The position numbers and the translations under genes are program-made. Under the pieces are notes generated by a model. The model searched no databases and was not told the DNA's origin. It was given only the letters and a program-made list of their open reading frames with translations. DNA of 64,000 nt from a virus. Its lineage: Duplodnaviria > Caudoviricetes. The number at the start of each line of letters is the position of its first letter. Positions within the stretch are counted from its first letter, which is position 1. The DNA lies in the IMG/VR virus record IMGVR_UViG_3300025638_000003, positions 1 through 64,000 of that record; one strand, written 5' to 3'. Below are positions 45,701 through 56,480 of this stretch, in pieces.

Positions 45701-47696
45701 AGGAATTTGGAAAAATGGAAATCCATATTTTTCCGATGGCTCGGAAGATCGACTTGAAAAATTATATGGGATACACGGAATAAATGTAGATTACATGATA
45801 AATTCGGGAAGTTGGGCCGGAGCGCAAGAATTAATACCCGATAAATGTTCTCCAACGGGGTTTGTATCTCAATCCTGTTATCCGTGGCAATTCAAAGTGA
45901 TTGATTATCCGAGTACTTGGAATGTATCTAAATATGGCCCTAATAAATTTAGAAATGAAAAAATTAATTATGTATCACAATCAGTTGAAGCTAGATTTGA
46001 TCATTTAAATAGATCAACAAATACATTAAATTATAATATTGCTCCCGATTCCAATCAAATCGGAATTTTTGTTGATCCACAAGATTTTAAAAACCGGGAT
46101 ATAGTTCGTTATTTAGGAAATTGTGATTTAATGGATTCAATAGGAGATCCGGCAAATCAATTTGAATCTGAATATTCCTCATTAAAATTATTACGAAAAC
46201 AATATTCAGATCTATATATGCCTTCAAGTGGAAGTAAAACCTTATTCAATGAATTATTAACTTTATATAAACTTTATTTTAATAAATCAATATTTGAAGC
46301 AATTAAAAATGTAATTCCTGCTAGAGCTAAACCCCTTATTGGAGTTCTAATTGAGCCGTCAATCTTAGAGCGGCCCAAATATCAGCTTAAAAAAATGGAC
46401 AGTGAAATTAATATAAGCTCCTCTTTATTTTTAGAAACCCCCACATCTACATATTATGGTAGTAAAGAGAAGCTTGTAAATATTTCTGCATTTAATGCAG
46501 AAATGGAGCATTCAACATCTATTGTTGCATCGCATGTAGCATTGCCTTTACGAGATTTTCCGGCTAATTTTGGTGGGAACTATATTAGAGATTTTACAGA
46601 TCCATATACTATGGGGCACTTTGCTGGGGGTATTTTATCTCAAGAAGAATTGGAATCGTTAATATTATTACCATATGTTTCTTTCATAGGAAATCCTAGA
46701 TCGGGATATGCTCCATTAGATGTACAATTTAATAGTCAATATTTAAATGCTCAAGAATTTAAATGGGTATTTGGCGATGAAGATAAATATATTAGTGTTC
46801 CACGACTTTTTCCTATAGACCCCAATTTGAAACATTCCACTAATCCAAGATATATATATGAATTTGCCGGAACATATAATGTGTCTTTAACCGCATATAA
46901 TGGTACTATTTTAAGTGGATTCCACAATACTGCTACTAAAAATGCTTATATTAGAGTAAATGAACCGGAAATTATTCCTTCCTTTGAACTGTATGATAAA
47001 AAAGATATGGTAGTCATAACCGAAGCGATTGCTGATAAAACCGAAGTAAAATTTAAAAATTTTAGTGTGGTAAACGCCAATCCCAATTTTCCAGTGGTAT
47101 ATAAATGGGAATTTGGAAATGGCGAAACAAAAACAGTAGAAGTAATACCAGGAGGACCTGTTGATGAAGATGAATATTCTCCGGTATATGTATATCCGGA
47201 AAAAGGAACTTATACTGCTAAATTAACAATTACTTCGGGAAGATATAGTAAATCAACAACTAAAAATATTAATGTACTTATGGCGGATGTTGATTGTGGA
47301 GGTTTATTGCAAGTTTCGGGTGGAGTGCGAACCTGGGGGAATCCTTATGAAAAGATAATAGATCTTGGTACGGATACAGGAGAGGTGTGGATGCGATATG
47401 ATTCTTACAACATTCCAGATAGATTTATATTAGAATGGGATGGTGAAGAAAAAATTGATACTGGTTGGGTGGGAGATTACGGAAATTCCATAAATGCTAC
47501 GAAATATATTGATGCATTAAAAGACCATGATCCTAGTTTGACTATAAGTGGAATAGGTCAGGGAACAATAAGCTTTAACAAAAATAAACGAGAACCAATT
47601 GTTGCTAAACTTATAGTGCATTGTCCTCTATTTACAACAGGATGGAGAGTAAAAATTGGGTGCCCAGGAAAAGGAGTGCCCTCAGAATTTGTATGA
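42735..47696 (+). CDS. Large virion/baseplate protein with PKD domains
   Basis: DISPSRKE, NFVVFSSAE, NLPQIYKTKGT; C-terminal PKD repeats (GYAPLDVQF..WVFGD..GTYNVSLT). Confidence 0.75.
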   Translation: MIFSSYQLISENSTSLNTGSYLTQTEHLMFVNENKPDIWYGVSERDAIELGVWSRNKKLLNWSTIYQNKEYVPVTLSYTDPLNFPVTYSYNELNSEFVFYRHEKILVNPIEQLSSSFNILSGSYFLTYNFIREMAGNENSPLVIKDISPSRKEIKLIPMGNSTLAYDAYCHKKVLISDISPLYINSIKNCPYDEIYSQLLENFPEEINTIRNVFFLTSEDSIIQFFKNLYEDQWIYNSSLESAIDFNLKSDIIRLQGIKTYFINFLLQNSSKIIGFEELDDYFKGYVSASIERKFSMLGANPIQPYINAKTAVYDFFVKYFYSPISKKLAKEYNNKYYFPFKNALNFGNNRLLPIINNGFIDERESPEDPLTLIIKLQSELPIDINIQSNCWVSNISLSPYIVSAILKFSDFEDTYKIGAPNFSIQIPDISLTNTNLKYTEDDLREEHLISRELVVSKNIQDLSIDYTDFKNFVVFSSAEMRLKIFKNKMINISRLNSAIEILNIKNNEFIVSSGSNYPYYEHEYKSIQNQLDEFINTFDGYESYLYDKGFFKYENKSFISASYIKDLESEAVHYDKLNRDSFINNCPEYILSDSENDEYIVFLTMIGHFFDNIYIYISNLPSEKKVGNNESEEFTRRIADYILQAFGWNIDDTLEQSNVLNNYLSSNELKELNRLSAEERLKIIRNRLLVNLPQIYKTKGTEEAIKIILSCYGIPSSLLSVREYGGINYLSENASYTTYERVYLRQWSTASQYDTYYLSNPPGMRTCLFKFSMDNAKLYTKNNEYILMGGFDNSNIENTDELATGKWSVGFIRTYKPNSGKLFFRIGTKNSPIFKIYSPEFPMFNGSIYSVMLRRNMPDDGFEYTENDLSVPSKFDLYVQQNDSGNKILHLTSSGICYDTASNHWFSGEGNIRIGGWFTYWNRGGYDGCFDKLQTWFSALTDQDFENYVNNINSYVFSGADPHKNLIFRMHYDYPVNQRQQLVNGEWTGIWKNGNPYFSDGSEDRLEKLYGIHGINVDYMINSGSWAGAQELIPDKCSPTGFVSQSCYPWQFKVIDYPSTWNVSKYGPNKFRNEKINYVSQSVEARFDHLNRSTNTLNYNIAPDSNQIGIFVDPQDFKNRDIVRYLGNCDLMDSIGDPANQFESEYSSLKLLRKQYSDLYMPSSGSKTLFNELLTLYKLYFNKSIFEAIKNVIPARAKPLIGVLIEPSILERPKYQLKKMDSEINISSSLFLETPTSTYYGSKEKLVNISAFNAEMEHSTSIVASHVALPLRDFPANFGGNYIRDFTDPYTMGHFAGGILSQEELESLILLPYVSFIGNPRSGYAPLDVQFNSQYLNAQEFKWVFGDEDKYISVPRLFPIDPNLKHSTNPRYIYEFAGTYNVSLTAYNGTILSGFHNTATKNAYIRVNEPEIIPSFELYDKKDMVVITEAIADKTEVKFKNFSVVNANPNFPVVYKWEFGNGETKTVEVIPGGPVDEDEYSPVYVYPEKGTYTAKLTITSGRYSKSTTKNINVLMADVDCGGLLQVSGGVRTWGNPYEKIIDLGTDTGEVWMRYDSYNIPDRFILEWDGEEKIDTGWVGDYGNSINATKYIDALKDHDPSLTISGIGQGTISFNKNKREPIVAKLIVHCPLFTTGWRVKIGCPGKGVPSEFV

Positions 47697-48589
47697 ACGG
47701 AGAAATATTTTTTAACATGATCGAGAGACAACATCCGTTGTCTGGAAGCTCTTCATTTTTAATGAAACGGTGGAAAAAATATACCATTTATACTAAAGAA
47801 GGGCCGTATGTAAAAACTAGATATTTAAAAAGTGGATCTTATGGTTGGACCGGAAAAGAAAATACAATTGTTGATGCAAATACAGATATAGCATATAACC
47901 GAACCAACGATAGACAAAACGGTGTTTATTATGAAGAACCCAGTAATATATTGGATAATAAATACCAAACGGGATCCGTATGGTTGTATGATTATGTAGT
48001 AGTAAGTCAAGATTTTTATTATAAATACGTATATACTGAATCGGTGGAAAATCAAGATCCTTCGGTTGAGGATGATTATGTGGAGGGAAGCAATCCTCCT
48101 TTATGGAAACATGAAGCGGGAACGTGGAAAAACAGTCCCAATTCTATATATAGTAATTATATTGGGTATAAAACAAAAACCGGCAATAATTATATTTATC
48201 CTATTAATACATTTTTAACTGCTGCATATGGAAGACGGGTTTATGGATATGTAGAGGGATTTAAAGAAGATGACGAAGAATATACTCAAAGAATGAAAAC
48301 GCCCCGATTTTCGTCCGATGAATGTTATTTTGAAATAATTAAGGGGTATCCCCGAAACCATTATTCGCATAAAAGACATTTATTTTCTTTATATTCTTAT
48401 AATACAATAGGAAAATTACGTAAAAATTATGATGGTACTATATCATTTGAAGAGGGGGTATATATAAGAAATCAACAAACAACAAAAACCACAGTCGGAC
48501 AAGATAGTTTGGAAGATGGAACCCCACCAGTTCAATCTTTCCAAGTCGGAAATTTGAAATATGTTCAGACGGATAATGTAATTAATTAA
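47693..48589 (+). CDS. Hypothetical structural protein
   Basis: ATG overlapping previous stop. Confidence 0.65.
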   Translation: MNGEIFFNMIERQHPLSGSSSFLMKRWKKYTIYTKEGPYVKTRYLKSGSYGWTGKENTIVDANTDIAYNRTNDRQNGVYYEEPSNILDNKYQTGSVWLYDYVVVSQDFYYKYVYTESVENQDPSVEDDYVEGSNPPLWKHEAGTWKNSPNSIYSNYIGYKTKTGNNYIYPINTFLTAAYGRRVYGYVEGFKEDDEEYTQRMKTPRFSSDECYFEIIKGYPRNHYSHKRHLFSLYSYNTIGKLRKNYDGTISFEEGVYIRNQQTTKTTVGQDSLEDGTPPVQSFQVGNLKYVQTDNVIN

Positions 48590-48641
48590 TAAAAAATCGA
48601 TTTGGAATAATACTTATAGAATAGAACAATTATAAAGAAAT

Positions 48642-49280
48642 ATGGCCTTTATTGACAATCAATCTATTACTGTTGACGCAACTTTAACCAAAAAGGGAAG
48701 AGAGTTGCTAGCAAAACATGGAAATTTAAATATTACTTCCTTTGCATTGGCTGATGATGAGATAGATTATAGATTATATAATCCTAATCATCCAAATGGA
48801 AGTGCATTTTATGACATTGCCATTAGAAATACTCCTATATTTGAGCCATTAACGGACGAAACACAAGTGATGAAATATAAGCTTGTTACTTTAAATCAAG
48901 GAGTTACAGCAATACCAGTAATTTCTATTGCACAAGATAAAATTTTAGTTACAAAAAATTATACTGGAGATATTTTAATTTCACCATCAACTAATCCGGC
49001 ATATAATTTACAGGCGGGATATACTGCTATTTTAGGAAATAAGAATGTTGGTTCATTAATTGTACAACAATCAAATGCCATTAATGTAGTATCAAATACA
49101 GTTCCTACTTTTGCCGGAGATATTAATACAACTAGCGCTCAGGTTGTAGTAGGAAACAGTTTTCGGTTTATTCCTAATAGCAGTTTAGGAAAAACAACAA
49201 CTACAAATTTAACTATAGTAGGCAATGAATCGGGAGGAAGTATATCTATTGAAGTAACTGTCACTGTACCAACGCAATAA
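48642..49280 (+). CDS. Conserved virion structural protein
   Basis: VDATLTKKGRELLA..ITSFALADDEIDY. Confidence 0.75.
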   Translation: MAFIDNQSITVDATLTKKGRELLAKHGNLNITSFALADDEIDYRLYNPNHPNGSAFYDIAIRNTPIFEPLTDETQVMKYKLVTLNQGVTAIPVISIAQDKILVTKNYTGDILISPSTNPAYNLQAGYTAILGNKNVGSLIVQQSNAINVVSNTVPTFAGDINTTSAQVVVGNSFRFIPNSSLGKTTTTNLTIVGNESGGSISIEVTVTVPTQ

Positions 49281-49284
49281 TTTT

Positions 49285-50448
49285 ATGATATTTAAAAAAT
49301 TTAATCCTGAACAAGATATTGTAGCCGGGCGGACAACCCGGGTTGCCAGTGGGTTTTGGCCTAATGGACTTACTAATTGGAGCCAGAGTTACATAGTAGA
49401 TGATTTTTGGACGTTGACTGGTTCTAATACGCCGTCCCCTTCATATGGAACGTCTTATTACGATGTACGCCGCACTATGTATTACACCAATGTTTATCCG
49501 GCGGTATCATATCGTAATAATTCAGATCCATATTTTTGTATAACGTATGGTCATATTGGAGGAGATGCTGGTAGTGGATCATGGGAACGAGAAGTGGAAA
49601 GCATTAAAGCAAATCCTACAAAAGTTATTTATACTCAATATAAAAATCTTCTATTAAGAAGTGGCGATGCGGACGTATTTAAAATGCGGGATGGTGAACG
49701 GTTAATCGAGGCTCCTGATATTTGGGTAATTGATTTCTCGTCATATAAAATGAAAGATCGCATTGATGAAGGATTATTAGAATTTTCATTAAGTGGTTCG
49801 GGAAATAAAATGTTGACTCTTATTGATGATTCAATTTATACTTCAAAAAATCAAAATGAATATCAAATAATTCAAGGAAGTTTAGATGATCCTCCAGAAA
49901 CAGCAACTTATGAAGGACTAGGATTATTTTATCCGGCCAATGGTATTATTGTGCTTAATGCTAGTCGGGTGGCAGAACATTTAGGAATAAATAATGGGGA
50001 AGGTATTGGATATGGAATTGGAGACGGTCCTGTAGTCCCACATGGATTGTGGTCATATCGTCCTGGAAAAACTAATGATGGATTTTTTACAGATAGTATT
50101 GGATATACTTTCAATCATCGAACTTTATTTATATCTATGCTTCTAGCACAACGAACAATGAAAGTCCGTAAAAGTGAATATGTGCCGGCTCGTCATTATT
50201 TTGTTCGTGTAATGAATCGGGATTTTAATTATAGTAATAATCCGACATATATTTATGATGGTACAGACGGAATTCATGCAAAAGGAACTATTTATAATAC
50301 GGATTTTATCAACGATCCAAAAACATATATTACTTCTGTAGGGTTGTATAATGAAAATAATGAACTTGTAGCCGTGGCTAAATTAAGCCGTCCAGCTATG
50401 AAATCATTTGATCAAGAGTTATTAATTAAAGTTAGATTGGATTTTTAA
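49285..50448 (+). CDS. Conserved virion/baseplate protein
   Basis: FNYSNNPT..YITSVGLYNENNELVAVAKLSRP..KVRLDF. Confidence 0.75.
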   Translation: MIFKKFNPEQDIVAGRTTRVASGFWPNGLTNWSQSYIVDDFWTLTGSNTPSPSYGTSYYDVRRTMYYTNVYPAVSYRNNSDPYFCITYGHIGGDAGSGSWEREVESIKANPTKVIYTQYKNLLLRSGDADVFKMRDGERLIEAPDIWVIDFSSYKMKDRIDEGLLEFSLSGSGNKMLTLIDDSIYTSKNQNEYQIIQGSLDDPPETATYEGLGLFYPANGIIVLNASRVAEHLGINNGEGIGYGIGDGPVVPHGLWSYRPGKTNDGFFTDSIGYTFNHRTLFISMLLAQRTMKVRKSEYVPARHYFVRVMNRDFNYSNNPTYIYDGTDGIHAKGTIYNTDFINDPKTYITSVGLYNENNELVAVAKLSRPAMKSFDQELLIKVRLDF

Positions 50449-50543
50449 TTATATTCCATTTTTCTAATAAAACGTTTCCTGCGAATAGGAAAACTTTTAC
50501 TTTATTTATTGGTTACTACATATTTATATTATAGAAAAATAAT

Positions 50544-51263
50544 ATGATTAAACAATTAAACCAATCAGATATTACAGTAACTCCATTTAATGCTATTAAA
50601 GAATGGAACCTTAAAAATGTTGATTCGGAAGATTTGATATTATTAGAAGAATTGGTTGATGGTTCTCCTATTCCTGATACATTTGTTGCAGTAGATTATA
50701 TTGATTATACTTTCGGTAATATTCCCATTTGGAATTCTTCCTGTAATATTTTGGTGGACCAACAGGACTTAGACAAAGTAACATTTGAACATGGAAAAGA
50801 AGAAATAGGAATATCTAAAAAATTTAGTATAAATGGACCTAAAAATCGAAACGGTTCTTATAAATCTTTAATTTATAATCAAATATATAATACATTTTAT
50901 AATGAATATAACAATCCAACTCAAATTTTTGGAATGGAAAATTTTGATTTTCCATTAAGCAAAACAAATCGATATTTAACGGATGAATTTAGAGTCTTTA
51001 GTATTCCTAATACTATTTTTGGAGATAAAATAGTAGAAGGAAGTGTTACATTTAATGATACTAATTTAGACGATATAGTACATATTTTTGATGATTCGAG
51101 GGGAAATCTTATTGCGTCTAAAAATTTATTTTCTAAATCTCAGGAATTGCGCCCAATGAAAAATATAATAATAGAAGGAGATGAAACTGCTGACCATGAA
51201 TGTCCTTTACCGGCGGGAATTCCCCCAGTAGGAAATATTACTATTGAATCAATGCAATTATAA
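50544..51263 (+). CDS. Virion structural protein
   Basis: SIPNTIFGDKIVEGSV..DDSRGNL. Confidence 0.65.
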   Translation: MIKQLNQSDITVTPFNAIKEWNLKNVDSEDLILLEELVDGSPIPDTFVAVDYIDYTFGNIPIWNSSCNILVDQQDLDKVTFEHGKEEIGISKKFSINGPKNRNGSYKSLIYNQIYNTFYNEYNNPTQIFGMENFDFPLSKTNRYLTDEFRVFSIPNTIFGDKIVEGSVTFNDTNLDDIVHIFDDSRGNLIASKNLFSKSQELRPMKNIIIEGDETADHECPLPAGIPPVGNITIESMQL

Positions 51264-51265
51264 AT

Positions 51266-52213
51266 ATGAATACACAATCACTTGTTAGCTGGAATTATAA
51301 TTTACACGATCATAAAGGGTATATTCTTGAACGATCTATGGATTTAGGAAGTACGTGGGAAGAAATTTTAAATTGTCCCAAATCTATTACTACTTATACC
51401 GATGAAAATTTGTGGTGGAATGATGAGCCGTGGTATCGGGTAAGAACATATAATGATTATGGAATGGGACCAATGAGTGAAATTTCAAAATTAGTAATTC
51501 AGAGTCCTTCTATAGAAACTCCGGTTTTATCTGGCGAACAAGTTGCTCCTTATACTACAAATGTAATGTTAGAATGGGAATTTAATGGATCTCCCGGGGG
51601 GAATACAGTTTCATATTCTTTGGAGAGATCGTTAGATGGCGGAAATACATGGAATCAACAATGGGATGTAGATAAAGAAGAAATTGCATTTTTAGATGAT
51701 ACATTAACTGAAATTTTGCCATTTAATGTTTCATATAGAATTAAAGCTGCAATGGATTTTGGATTGAACAGCGAATATAGTAATATTGTTACAATTAATA
51801 TGGAAGATGCTCCTGAAGAACCATCATTAGAAGTTCCAGATGTAACTGCTGAACTCCCACATTTTTATATAGAATGGAATTTTACACAATTAGAAAGCGG
51901 CGAAATAGCGGATTTTAATGAAGTTGAATCAATTCAAGCGCCGGATCCGGTTTCTAATACATCACAATATGAATTTATAATTAACAGTCATGATCTTCCA
52001 TTAGCAATTGAAAGTATAACTGTAGATGGTGCAAATTTTGAACAACCTGAAAATCCCGATTTTCCATATAATATGGAAGATGGACCGTTATCATTATTTA
52101 TTTCAAGTTCAAGTGATACTTCGGGGGAAAAAACGGGTACATTAACAATAACTCCAACAGTTGGAGAACCGTATATATTACAATTAAAAGCAACTTATCC
52201 TGAACTCGAATAA
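51266..52213 (+). CDS. FN3/Ig-like domain virion protein
   Basis: Two FN3-like repeats (W..Y.LERS.D.G.TW; YRVRTYN). Confidence 0.65.
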   Translation: MNTQSLVSWNYNLHDHKGYILERSMDLGSTWEEILNCPKSITTYTDENLWWNDEPWYRVRTYNDYGMGPMSEISKLVIQSPSIETPVLSGEQVAPYTTNVMLEWEFNGSPGGNTVSYSLERSLDGGNTWNQQWDVDKEEIAFLDDTLTEILPFNVSYRIKAAMDFGLNSEYSNIVTINMEDAPEEPSLEVPDVTAELPHFYIEWNFTQLESGEIADFNEVESIQAPDPVSNTSQYEFIINSHDLPLAIESITVDGANFEQPENPDFPYNMEDGPLSLFISSSSDTSGEKTGTLTITPTVGEPYILQLKATYPELE

Positions 52214-52229
52214 AATTAGAAAATAATTT

Positions 52230-55200
52230 ATGTATGTTAAAGTACAAAATGAAAATTATGGATATTCCGTAGCAACATATGGAAACTATGTGGCGGTTTC
52301 TAATCCTTCTACTTTGAGATACGATCCGGAAAATGAAGAGCGGTTATGTACGGGTTCAATAGATTATTTTCGTTATAATAAAAATACGGATGAACATGAT
52401 CATATAGCAACTTTATATCAACCATATGAAGAATTGGCGGTAATTCTTTCCCGAGAACATCCTACCCCCGAATATGATCGTTGGGACTTGATGACTGAAA
52501 AAAATGTCGAATATAAATTTCCACGATCAAAAAGCATAGAAATAGATAAAAATGATTACACTAAATCATTGGAAGATTCATTTGGTTACTCTATAGACAT
52601 GTACAATAAGAATTTGATAGTAGGGTCCCCTTATTTTTATCAAGCGGTAAAAACATATGCATATTCCCTTACTTCTTCTATTGCTACAGCCCTAATATAT
52701 GACTTGGGAATTACAGAAACCCCAGATTCCGACTCTGAATCAAATTGTTTAATTTACAAATTATATGATCCCGATCTAGGAGGCGAAGAATGGAATTCTG
52801 AATCCTTCGGAAAATCCGTTTCCATAAATGGTGCTTGGGCGGCAGTGGGGTCTCCTAGTATTAGTGGATCTACGGGGATGGTATATTTGTACCAAGCTCA
52901 ACCTACAACTAGCTATGTTGAAGGGAAACCTCATACTGTAGTTACATGGTCATTATTTAAAAAATTGGAACCTCCCAATCCAGAGCCCGGAATGGAATTT
53001 GGATATTCATTAAAATTAAATAAATGTACAAGTTCTTTGAGTAATAGTTTAGTTGTGGGGTGTGGAAATCTTTCACATCAAAAAGCATATTATTTTGAAT
53101 ATATAAATGAAGCATGGACACAATCACATGTTTTTGTTCCGGACAAAACGATTCAACCCATGACATTTGCTCCATATTTGCCCTGGGATGAAACTCCAGT
53201 TATGAATGAATCCAATGGGTTTGGTTCGGCAGTATCTTTATATAATGACACAGTTATTATTGGTGCTCCATATGATCGTATTTTTTATGAATACAGTGGC
53301 TCAAAATTATATCAACAAGGTGCTACTTATATTTTTGAAAGATGCCCCCACCCAGACGATGAAATTTACGAATATCCTCGGTTTCCCAATGATCAAATAA
53401 GATGGAATACTCCAAATTCAACGGCAAAAAGTATTTTTAATTTTTCGGCCTCATTCGCAGGAAATGAAACAAAACCTCATGCTCTTATAAATATAAATAA
53501 TAAAATATATGGGGGGGGATGGGATGGAAAATTATTCGTATTTAACGATCCAGATAATAATTTGACGGACCAAACGTGGTCTGATTGTATCGTTGATGGA
53601 TGGATAAGCCAAGTAACATATTCTGAAGGAACAAAATATTTGTATTTTATAACCACTGTAACTAGAAATGATGCAATAAGTGGAAAAAAGGGGTATATAA
53701 TTAAAGTTAATCCTAACAATATAAACGAACAAGAAATTATTTTTACTTGGACCCCAGGAACGGCATCTATAGGAGGAACAGTACCCGAGGCTATTCCTCC
53801 CATTGCTTCTGATAATTCTTATTTATATACTATGTTAAGAAGCAATTATAAAACGACTATTTATAAATTAGATATTACAAATGGTAATGTAATTAAAAGT
53901 GTTGTTGTTTCTACATCGTCTGATCATCTTATTAATCCGGCAATGCATGGAGGGGGAGTTTTTTCTCCCGATGGAAAATGGATATATTTTTGTGGAGGAG
54001 GGTATGTATATAAAATAAATACAGATACATTAGAGTATAGTTCTGTTAAAGTACAATTTTTTTATGGAATAGCCGATTCCGAAATAAAATGGGAATGGGA
54101 TCCCTCAACAGAAGAATTTAAGGGTTATTGGGCTGATGTTGCATTAGTAGATGACATGGCCTACTTGGATGGATATATTTATGTAGTTGCCGATCAATCG
54201 GGAAATGCTTTTCCAGGAGGTCTATTTAAAATTAATGCAGAAACTTTAGAAAATGTTGGATATATACAATACGAAATTAATGATGGAGTAATAAATTATG
54301 ATCGATATATGGATATTGGAGGTTATCCACTTCCATATGGCTCATGGGGGGTATTTTCCGATTCAACAAATTTGTATTTATTAATGGGAACTACAAATGA
54401 AATTTTTGTTTATCCCGATGGCGATTTGGATTCGGGGCCCGTTAGGTATCCAATTATTGGTAAACCAAATGAATTAGCATTTACGAAAGCGGGAAATATA
54501 GTTTACACTACATTTTCATCTCCAATTAAAGCTTATTCCTATAAATTACCATTTAAATATAATATAACTTATCCATCATTATTTAAACAAGTTCTTAAAA
54601 CATATGGAAATGAAAAGGTTTTAAAAAACAATCGAATGGGATGGTCAGTGGATATACATGGAAATTATGCGGTTTCGGGGATTCCTAAAGTAAATGTAGA
54701 AACTCTGGATTCATGTTATATAGAAGGTACACTTGAACAATTACATTTTTGTGACAGTAATTATGAAAATCTTTTCAGTGGTCAAACATTGCTTTTGGGG
54801 AAAAATACGTCTTCTTTAAATTGGGAAATTATTAATATTTATCAAAAGAAGAAAAAATATTTGTCTCCCTATCGAAGTTATGGATTTGATGTCGCCGTTG
54901 CTAATAAATCAATAGTGGTTGGAGCGCCAATGGTTCTAGTAGATAGCAATCGAGATTTTAATATATATACTACACATAGTAATAATACCGATTTAGATGA
55001 TATATCTGGAAAATCTTATATTTATAATTTTCACAATTTTCGTCCAGAATTCCATGTAGGAAATGTTTTTTACCGAAATGGAAAAATCATTATTATGACT
55101 TCGGGTTCTATGTTTGAAGGTTTATTTTTAGATCCGGTAAATACATATGGTTATGAATATAATTTAAATTTCAAGGGACAACATACAATTTTTGAAAAAC

Positions 55201-55901
55201 AAATTGTTTGTACTGTAAATCCCGGCGAATTTAATGTTAGTACTAATCCTACAGCTATAATAAGAAATTTTTCGGTTTTAGATATTAATAAAAATGGAAA
55301 AGTTGATTTTCAAGATGTTGATGTAATTTTAAGATATATGAAATATAAACACTCATCTTTTGTTGGGGAAGAAATATCAACCGATTGGAGTTCTTCAATA
55401 ATAATTGAAGAAGATGAAAAAAGTTTACTTAAATGGTATCAACAAAACTATAATTTATATGGAACAGATGATTTGTCTGAAAAATGTATTTTAAAATGGG
55501 AGACTGAAGATGTAACAATGCAAGAAATTTTAGATTTTAATGAGGATAATAAAATAGATAACCAAGACATGAATATTTTATGGAAATATTTTTCCAATCG
55601 CTTAACTCAAGAAAATTATGCTAAATATATAACCCCTGCATGTAAGAGAAAAATTTTTAGTGATATAATTGATCATATGAATAAATTGACACTAAAAAAT
55701 CAAATTCCATACATAAATCCAGATTTTTTCCAATATGAAAAAATGGTAGCAATTGATAAAACGGGTTCGTTTTTAGCTCCAATGGCAACAACAATTGGAT
55801 TATATAATGGATTAGATTTGGTGGCGGTGGCAAAATTAGGAAATCCTATTAAAATTACGCCCGAACTTCCAATAAATTTTGTGATTAAAATGGACTTTTA
55901 A
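52230..55901 (+). CDS. Large virion protein: FG-GAP propeller, second propeller insert, EF-hand/dockerin-like pair
   Basis: FGYSI..VGSP repeats; DINKNGKVDFQD and DFNEDNKIDNQD; C-terminal IGLYN..LVAVAKL. Confidence 0.7.
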   Translation: MYVKVQNENYGYSVATYGNYVAVSNPSTLRYDPENEERLCTGSIDYFRYNKNTDEHDHIATLYQPYEELAVILSREHPTPEYDRWDLMTEKNVEYKFPRSKSIEIDKNDYTKSLEDSFGYSIDMYNKNLIVGSPYFYQAVKTYAYSLTSSIATALIYDLGITETPDSDSESNCLIYKLYDPDLGGEEWNSESFGKSVSINGAWAAVGSPSISGSTGMVYLYQAQPTTSYVEGKPHTVVTWSLFKKLEPPNPEPGMEFGYSLKLNKCTSSLSNSLVVGCGNLSHQKAYYFEYINEAWTQSHVFVPDKTIQPMTFAPYLPWDETPVMNESNGFGSAVSLYNDTVIIGAPYDRIFYEYSGSKLYQQGATYIFERCPHPDDEIYEYPRFPNDQIRWNTPNSTAKSIFNFSASFAGNETKPHALININNKIYGGGWDGKLFVFNDPDNNLTDQTWSDCIVDGWISQVTYSEGTKYLYFITTVTRNDAISGKKGYIIKVNPNNINEQEIIFTWTPGTASIGGTVPEAIPPIASDNSYLYTMLRSNYKTTIYKLDITNGNVIKSVVVSTSSDHLINPAMHGGGVFSPDGKWIYFCGGGYVYKINTDTLEYSSVKVQFFYGIADSEIKWEWDPSTEEFKGYWADVALVDDMAYLDGYIYVVADQSGNAFPGGLFKINAETLENVGYIQYEINDGVINYDRYMDIGGYPLPYGSWGVFSDSTNLYLLMGTTNEIFVYPDGDLDSGPVRYPIIGKPNELAFTKAGNIVYTTFSSPIKAYSYKLPFKYNITYPSLFKQVLKTYGNEKVLKNNRMGWSVDIHGNYAVSGIPKVNVETLDSCYIEGTLEQLHFCDSNYENLFSGQTLLLGKNTSSLNWEIINIYQKKKKYLSPYRSYGFDVAVANKSIVVGAPMVLVDSNRDFNIYTTHSNNTDLDDISGKSYIYNFHNFRPEFHVGNVFYRNGKIIIMTSGSMFEGLFLDPVNTYGYEYNLNFKGQHTIFEKQIVCTVNPGEFNVSTNPTAIIRNFSVLDINKNGKVDFQDVDVILRYMKYKHSSFVGEEISTDWSSSIIIEEDEKSLLKWYQQNYNLYGTDDLSEKCILKWETEDVTMQEILDFNEDNKIDNQDMNILWKYFSNRLTQENYAKYITPACKRKIFSDIIDHMNKLTLKNQIPYINPDFFQYEKMVAIDKTGSFLAPMATTIGLYNGLDLVAVAKLGNPIKITPELPINFVIKMDF

Positions 55902-55927
55902 TTATATTTATATAAAAGGAATAAATT

Positions 55928-56407
55928 ATGCCTGAACCAAATGTAAGAAACTCATTGGACATTAACCTAGACGGAAGGTTTCACTACCAACGTGCGGGTG
56001 GTGCATTTGATGTTAAAGAAACATTAGAAGGACCGCACGTGGAAGTACCGGCAGGTAAAATGATTGATGCTTCAAGTGCCCAGGGGCAAGAATTTCAAAC
56101 TAGAAATGGGTTTGAGACTAAAATCCCAAAACTCGAATCTCGTTTTAAAGTTGTTGAATCTGGGGGTACTCAAGGAGTATCAGAATATGGACTTCCCGAT
56201 GGATCGGATGTTGCGGGGCGTGTTATAGATGCATCTAGCGCCAATGGTCAAGCATTCCAAAACCCCAACGGATTTGAAGTTAAGGTGCCAATGTTAGAAT
56301 CCAGATTACTTATGGTTCAAACCGGAGGTCAAGCAGGAATTTCACGGTTCGTGAGAGGTTTAGATAGTCGCCGGTATGGACACGCCGTTCCATTTCACCA
56401 AACGTAA
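55928..56407 (+). CDS. Hypothetical protein with internal tandem repeat
   Basis: AG.(M/V)IDASSA.GQ.FQ..NGFE.K.P.LESR repeated twice. Confidence 0.65.
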   Translation: MPEPNVRNSLDINLDGRFHYQRAGGAFDVKETLEGPHVEVPAGKMIDASSAQGQEFQTRNGFETKIPKLESRFKVVESGGTQGVSEYGLPDGSDVAGRVIDASSANGQAFQNPNGFEVKVPMLESRLLMVQTGGQAGISRFVRGLDSRRYGHAVPFHQT

Positions 56408-56424
56408 CTTATTTAATTACATGT

Positions 56425-56468
56425 TGCTTCGCTTTACTATATATTAGTATAAGTGAAGCATTTTTTTT
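56425..56468 (+). terminator. Intrinsic terminator ending the structural operon
   Basis: TGCTTCGCTT...AAGTGAAGCA + T8. Confidence 0.8.
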
Positions 56469-56480
56469 GTACTTTTAATT

